A stretch of 64,000 nucleotides of DNA from an uncultured Bacilli bacterium. GTDB taxonomy: Bacteria > Bacillota_I > Bacilli_A > RF39 > UBA660. The notes under the pieces are model-generated. The model had not been told where the DNA came from. It saw only the letters and a program-made list of their open reading frames with translations, and searched no databases. Where the stretch lies: the NCBI GenBank assembly GCA_934148995.1, contig CAKPDM010000003.1:66148-130147 (forward strand), read 5' to 3'. Position 1 is the first letter of the stretch; every line of letters begins with the position of its first letter. Of this stretch, positions 59,320 to 64,000 are shown piece after piece. Position numbers and translations under genes: made by a program.

Positions 59320-60069
59320 ATGAAAGTTTATCTAGACCTTGTTTTTATACTTAACTTTTGTTATGATTTTCTTCTTCTCTTATCTGTAACAATAGAAACT
59401 AAAACTTATCCTAAGATTAAAATGCTAATATCAGGTGGTTTAGTTGGTTCTTTGACACTCTCTCTTTTGTTCCTACCCTTAAATAATTTTTCTTTACTAA
59501 TTGCTAAAATATCAACTAGTATCTTGATGATATTAGTATCATTTGGAAGAAAAAATATTACTAAATATCTAAAATCATTCTACGGGAATAGTATTATTCT
59601 TGGGGGAATTCTTTATGCTTTAGATCTTACTTTTAATACCTCTAAAAACACTGCTATCTTGTTATTACTAATCGTAATTGCTCCCTTAATTCTTTTTCTT
59701 TATTTAAAGGGACGAAAAACTGATATTATTAAACAAAATTACTTACATAATATTAGTTTTAAATATCAAGATAAGACATATAATCTAGTAGCATTTTTAG
59801 ATACTGGTAATAAAGTACAAGATCCATATAAAAAAAGAAATGTAATAGTAGCTTTTCTTGATGATTTAGATATTGCTGATATTGATACTATCTATGTACC
59901 GTATGAAACATTAAGTGGGAAGGGTATTTTACCTTGCATAAAAATAGAAGAGTTAAGAGTAGATGATAAAACAATAGATAGTAGTAAATATCTAATAGGA
60001 AAGAGTAAAGAAAAAATTAATTTATATGGTGCTAGTTGTATAATACCAGAAATATTAAAGGAGGAATAA
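59320..60069 (+). CDS. spoIIGA: sigma-E processing peptidase SpoIIGA
   Basis: Five N-terminal TM segments and the aspartic protease motif FLDTGN. Immediately upstream of sigE. ATG 59320 follows GGAGGTAGGA. Confidence 0.85.
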   Translation: MKVYLDLVFILNFCYDFLLLLSVTIETKTYPKIKMLISGGLVGSLTLSLLFLPLNNFSLLIAKISTSILMILVSFGRKNITKYLKSFYGNSIILGGILYALDLTFNTSKNTAILLLLIVIAPLILFLYLKGRKTDIIKQNYLHNISFKYQDKTYNLVAFLDTGNKVQDPYKKRNVIVAFLDDLDIADIDTIYVPYETLSGKGILPCIKIEELRVDDKTIDSSKYLIGKSKEKINLYGASCIIPEILKEE

Positions 60070-60071
60070 AT

Positions 60072-60764
60072 TTGATTAGCTTATTGCTACTGATTGGTAG
60101 TATTATAACTCATAGTAGTTATCTATATTATATAGGAAGTAGTGATACCTTACCTGAACCTTTATCGAAAGAAGAAGAGGAAGGGTATTTGATAAGAGCT
60201 GAAGATGGGGAAGTATTTGCTCGTGATAAATTAATTGAACATAACTTACGCTTAGTCGTTTTCCTTGCGAAGAAGTATGAAAATACAGGAGTGGATTTAG
60301 AAGACTTAGTAAGTATTGGAACGATTGGTTTAATTAAAGGGATAAATACTTTTCATAGAGATAAAAATATAAAACTAGCAACTTATGCTTCAAGATGTAT
60401 TGATAATGAGATATTAATGCATTTAAGAAAAATAAAAAAAGTAAAAACAGAAGTGTCAATTGATGCTTCACTTAGTTATGATCAAGATGGTAACGAATTA
60501 AGACTTGAAGATATTTTAGGAACTGATGCTGATTTAGTAACTAAGGGAGTAGAAACAGAAGATGATAAAAAAGTAATGATTAATGAAGTATTAAGATTAG
60601 ATCCAAGAGATAGAGATATTATGATATTAAGATATGGTCTTTTAGGACAAGAAGAGAAAACTCAAAAAGAAGTTGCTGATATGCTAGGAATAAGTCAGTC
60701 TTATATATCAAGAATAGAAAAGAAAGTAATAAAAAGACTAAGAAGTTTAGTCCATTATAGTTAG
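60072..60764 (+). CDS. sigE: sporulation sigma factor SigE (pro-sigma-E)
   Basis: Hydrophobic pro-sequence, then [17 protein letters not shown]...[16 protein letters not shown]...[12 protein letters not shown] and region 4 [21 protein letters not shown] 60072 follows AAGGAGG. Confidence 0.9.
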   Translation: MISLLLLIGSIITHSSYLYYIGSSDTLPEPLSKEEEEGYLIRAEDGEVFARDKLIEHNLRLVVFLAKKYENTGVDLEDLVSIGTIGLIKGINTFHRDKNIKLATYASRCIDNEILMHLRKIKKVKTEVSIDASLSYDQDGNELRLEDILGTDADLVTKGVETEDDKKVMINEVLRLDPRDRDIMILRYGLLGQEEKTQKEVADMLGISQSYISRIEKKVIKRLRSLVHYS

Positions 60765-60886
60765 GAGATATGAATGATGAATGTTAAACAGTATTTTTTT
60801 GAAAAACAATTAGAGTGGGGATTTTTAGAAAAATTTGACCATTTTGCTTACCAAAAACTATATCAAATTAATAATAAAAATTAGTT

Positions 60887-60916
60887 TTGACGTTTACCAT
60901 CTATTTGTGTTATAGT
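60887..60916 (+). promoter_or_regulatory. putative sigma-A promoter
   Basis: TTGACG, about 18 nt, extended -10 TGtTATAGT. Confidence 0.45.
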
Positions 60917-60948
60917 AGTAATAGAATAGAAAGGTGAGGTAAAGTAGA

Positions 60949-61539
60949 ATGAAGAAGAACATGTCGAAAAAGAGAGTTGTTAAAAAAGAAGAAATAGGTT
61001 CATGGGTATATATCCTTTTATTAACTTCTATTACAATTCTTGGCTGGGTTCTAGGTAAATTTGATTTTACTATTGGAAAAGCAACCTTAACAGTAGCTGT
61101 ATTTGCTTATCCATTCCGTTATTTTGTAGCTAATATTATTACTAAAAAGTATGGTTATAAAGAAACAATGAATGGTATTAGTTATTCTGCTTGTTTACTA
61201 CTATTATTTGCTATCGTAGCAGGTCTTTTAGGAGAACAAGATATCAACTATATTCCACTTACAGGTGAATTATTTGGTTATATGTTAAGTCAAATGCTTA
61301 ACTTATCAATTTATTACTACTTATTAATAAATTCTGATAATAGTAAATTCCCATACTTAGGTTCATATGTTGCTGCAATGCTTGCTGATACACTAGTTAG
61401 TATGTTATTTGCTAGTCGCTTAGTAATACTAACAAACTTCTGGAGAACATATTTTGTAACTGTTTGTATTGAAGCAATCATTTCTATTTTCTTAATTTAC
61501 TTTGATGATAAGAAAATATATAATCCAAAGAAAAAATAG
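60949..61539 (+). CDS. VUT/YhhQ (DUF165)-like membrane transporter (queuosine-precursor transporter family)
   Basis: Polytopic. AYPFRYFVANIITKKYGYKET resembles the YhhQ signature. Confidence 0.5.
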   Translation: MKKNMSKKRVVKKEEIGSWVYILLLTSITILGWVLGKFDFTIGKATLTVAVFAYPFRYFVANIITKKYGYKETMNGISYSACLLLLFAIVAGLLGEQDINYIPLTGELFGYMLSQMLNLSIYYYLLINSDNSKFPYLGSYVAAMLADTLVSMLFASRLVILTNFWRTYFVTVCIEAIISIFLIYFDDKKIYNPKKK

Positions 61540-61557
61540 ATAAATGAAAAAAGTAAT

Positions 61558-61839
61558 CTATAGAAAGAACTGTAGGTTACTTTTTTCTTGTTGATTAGTC
61601 GTTTGATAATTGTTATTATTAGGCGTATTGTTGCTTTCGGGTTCATTGACAGCATCAGCAATTCTAAATAAAGTTCTAGCATTAGACACAAGTGGTTTAA
61701 CTTGATAAATAATAGGTATTGCTTGGTTAATAACATTTAAAGTTTTTTGAGTATTGTTTAAAATATTACTCCAGTTAACTCTTTTAAAAGCACTAAGACC
61801 GGTCCCTGGCATTTGATAGGGATTAAACTGATTATACAT
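61558..61839 (-). CDS. yqfQ: YqfQ/VrrA-family protein
   Basis: NILNNTQKTLNVINQAIPIIYQVKPLVSNARTLFRI matches the YqfQ core. ATG 61839 follows AAGGGTGG. Confidence 0.55.
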   Translation of the reverse strand: MYNQFNPYQMPGTGLSAFKRVNWSNILNNTQKTLNVINQAIPIIYQVKPLVSNARTLFRIADAVNEPESNNTPNNNNYQTTNQQEKSNLQFFL

Positions 61840-61935
61840 TTTTACCACCCTTATTTTAATATATGTTAGTTTTATTATCTTGTGTCATTTTCCTAATAAT
61901 GATATAATTTAAATAGTAGGAAGGTGCTTAAATTT

Positions 61936-63369
61936 ATGGAAAAAGCGATGCAACCATTTATCTATGTTTATCATGCTGTTATGTATGTATTTTCAATTCC
62001 TTCTAAGATTTTGTCATATTCTTATAAAGGATTTCTTGCCTTTTTATCACTCTTTAAATTAGATAAAAATACCAAAAGTGATAGTGAAGCAGCGATAGAA
62101 GAAGCAGAAGTTAAGAAGCTGATGGAAGCAAGAAAAGTCGAACAACCAACCAAGGAAGAGCCTTTATTTTCCTATCGTTATAAAGCCAAAGGCATTAACG
62201 GAAAGATCTTTAATGCTACTATGGAAGGAAGTAGTATATCTGATGTTACAGAATTTTTAAAAAATGAAGGTTATGAAGTTATTGATGTTCAACCTAGAAA
62301 GGCTTATGATATTGATATCAATATTGGCGGTAAGTTTGGTGCAGCGGATTTATCCTTTACATTGACTCAACTATCAACTTATATAAAAGCTGGAATTTCT
62401 TTGATTGATTCAGTTAGAATTCTTGAAAAACAAGCTGAAAAACCTGAGCATAGAAAAGTTTATCAAAAGATGGTTTATGAACTATTAAAAGGAGAAAGCC
62501 TATCTGTTGCCATGGAAAAACAACAAGATAAGTTTCCAAAATTATTAGTAAATATGGTTAAGACTAGTGAACTTACTGGTGATTTAACATCGGTTTTAGA
62601 TGATATGGCTGACTATTATACTTCTAAGGAAGAAACTAGAAAAACGATGATTTCAGCAATGACTTACCCAGTTATTGTTCTATTGATTGCTATTTGTGTA
62701 GTTGTTTTTATCCTTACTTCAATAGTCCCTAAATTTGTTGATATGTATAGTGCAAATGACGCTACAATTCCAGCTATTACACAAATGGTTATGGGAATTA
62801 GCAACTTTTTAACCCAAAAGTATTTAATTTTAATTGCCATTATTGTTGGTTTAGTAGGATCTTTCGTTTTATTATATAAGCATGTTCAAACTTTTCGTAA
62901 AACTGTTCAAATTATAATGATGCACGTTCCTGTTATGAGTAAAATAATTATCTATAATGAAGTTTATAATTTTACTAAAACTTTTGCTTCCCTTTTAAAT
63001 CACGGTGTATTTATTACTGATAGTATGGAAATACTTGCTAAGATTACTAATAATGAAGTTTATAAAGGATTAATCAATAAAACAATAATAAACTTAAATA
63101 AGGGTGCTAATATATCAGAGTCATTTAAAGGATCATGGGCTTTCCCTGTTGCTGCTTATGAAATGATTGTAACAGGAGAGTCAACTGGACAGCTTGGCTT
63201 GATGATGGAAAAAGTAGCAAATTACTATCAAACATTACATAAAAACTTAGTTAAACAATTACAAAGTTTACTAGAACCAATGATGATTGGTTTCCTAGCC
63301 CTGGTAGTAGGTATTATCTTATTATCAGTAGTTATGCCAATGTTTGATATTTATGGAAAGATTCAGTAG
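61936..63369 (+). CDS. type II secretion system F family platform protein (PilC/ComGB-like)
   Basis: Two T2SSF repeats, three TM segments and an extended N-terminus. Confidence 0.8.
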   Translation: MEKAMQPFIYVYHAVMYVFSIPSKILSYSYKGFLAFLSLFKLDKNTKSDSEAAIEEAEVKKLMEARKVEQPTKEEPLFSYRYKAKGINGKIFNATMEGSSISDVTEFLKNEGYEVIDVQPRKAYDIDINIGGKFGAADLSFTLTQLSTYIKAGISLIDSVRILEKQAEKPEHRKVYQKMVYELLKGESLSVAMEKQQDKFPKLLVNMVKTSELTGDLTSVLDDMADYYTSKEETRKTMISAMTYPVIVLLIAICVVVFILTSIVPKFVDMYSANDATIPAITQMVMGISNFLTQKYLILIAIIVGLVGSFVLLYKHVQTFRKTVQIIMMHVPVMSKIIIYNEVYNFTKTFASLLNHGVFITDSMEILAKITNNEVYKGLINKTIINLNKGANISESFKGSWAFPVAAYEMIVTGESTGQLGLMMEKVANYYQTLHKNLVKQLQSLLEPMMIGFLALVVGIILLSVVMPMFDIYGKIQ

Positions 63370-63377
63370 GTGGTTTG

Positions 63378-64000
63378 ATGGAAAATATTTATTTAATCTT
63401 TTTCTTCATTTTAGGGCTTGCTATGGGCTCTTTTCTTTGTGTTGTAGGACTAAGACTTGGTAGAGAAGAGGATTTTATTAAAGGAAGAAGTTATTGTGAT
63501 TATTGTCATCATGAACTTCAAACTTTGGACTTAATTCCTCTTTTTTCTTATTTATTTTTAAAAGGAAAATGTCGCTATTGCAAAAATAAGATTAGTCCAC
63601 TATCATTCTTTTTAGAACTCTTCACAGGGCTTCTATATATGATCGCTTTCTATTCCTTTGGCTTTAGTTTAGAGTTTATTATTGTCTTGCTAGCAATTAG
63701 TTTATCAATGATTATTTTTGCTAGTGATTTAACTTATTTAATCATTCCTGATGAGGTTTTAATTTTCTTTGGAATTGTTTTTTTTATCATGGAATTATTA
63801 CTTAGGGGACCAATTGGAGCAATAAAAATGTTATTTAGTGGTATATTTTTATTCTCTATAATGTATATAATAATGTTGATTGGTAATTTTATTTTTGAAA
63901 AAGAGAGCCTTGGCGGAGGGGACATAAAGCTTTTATTCGTGATTGGCATAGTTTTAGAGCCGCTTCTTGGGGTGATTGATATTTTTTTAGCTAGCTTTAT
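63378..64000 (+). CDS. prepilin peptidase (A24 family, PilD/ComC-like), 3' end outside window
   Basis: The frame is open to the window end. N-terminal Cys pairs CDYC...CRYC. Catalytic Asp contexts LIIPDE and LGGGDIKLL. Confidence 0.8.
   Translation, partial: MENIYLIFFFILGLAMGSFLCVVGLRLGREEDFIKGRSYCDYCHHELQTLDLIPLFSYLFLKGKCRYCKNKISPLSFFLELFTGLLYMIAFYSFGFSLEFIIVLLAISLSMIIFASDLTYLIIPDEVLIFFGIVFFIMELLLRGPIGAIKMLFSGIFLFSIMYIIMLIGNFIFEKESLGGGDIKLLFVIGIVLEPLLGVIDIFLASF

Noticed and set aside
60885-60948. A possible preQ1 riboswitch upstream of the YhhQ/VUT-like transporter.
   Set aside because: The 64-nt leader contains only a promoter-like TTGACG/TATAGT and an SD. No preQ1-type stem plus A-rich tail consensus is evident.
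1-64000. An alternative genetic code (TGA read as Trp, as in Mollicutes), considered because of the extreme AT-richness.
   Set aside because: Long housekeeping ORFs are uninterrupted under code 11 and Trp is encoded by TGG throughout. Several well-defined genes terminate at TGA, for example at 18677-18679 and 33002-33004.
1-64000. A search within the window for the DGR partner elements: a reverse transcriptase ORF, an Avd-like ORF and an A-rich template repeat resembling 57163-57285 or 30357-30472.
   Set aside because: No ORF shows RT motifs such as YxDD. By eye, none of the larger intergenic regions (25189-25460, 30537-30755, 37688-38141, 55249-55488, 59247-59319) resembles the tracts. The DGR interpretation therefore remains inference and is not annotated as a complete element.

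Overview
This is an AT-rich chromosomal segment from a low-GC, spore-forming Bacillota-type bacterium. It uses the standard code: TGA acts as a stop and TGG encodes Trp. Most of the window is housekeeping and is syntenic with the Bacillus yqe/yqf, ylb and nusA regions. That backbone includes yqeG-yqeH, dnaG-sigA-trmK, a Fur-family regulator plus rubrerythrin, rpsO-pnp, rnc, RNase J and a ylbJ/ylbL-like pair. It also includes rimP-like-nusA-ylxR-infB-rbfA-truB, spoIIGA-sigE and yqfQ. Type IV pilus or competence-pseudopilus parts are dispersed across the window: a PilB-like ATPase, two pseudopilins, PilC and PilD. I saw no rRNA, tRNA or CRISPR array. Six observations stand out. (1) Four paralogous secreted proteins have TasA/camelysin-like N-termini. 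Three of them end in a roughly 120-nt adenine-depleted tract. In a near-identical tandem pair (55489-59246) almost all divergence sits in that tract. This looks like the variable region of a diversity-generating retroelement (DGR), but no reverse transcriptase or template repeat is in the window. (2) There are two copies of an Rpn/YhgA-like nuclease element. Each is followed by a stand-alone ORF for only the Rpn C-terminal domain, and one copy is inserted antisense between infB and rbfA. (3) A 685-aa SigA paralog with extensions at both ends lies just downstream of sigA-trmK. (4) A dockerin-bearing peptidoglycan hydrolase sits next to a membrane-anchored cohesin-like protein. (5) An M15 (VanY-like) peptidase domain is fused in frame to TruB. 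(6) A small locus resembles a type I toxin, but its hydrophobic peptide is out of frame at a poly-A run. Gene starts were adjusted by eye from Shine-Dalgarno spacing. All functional calls rest on motif recognition, not on database searches.
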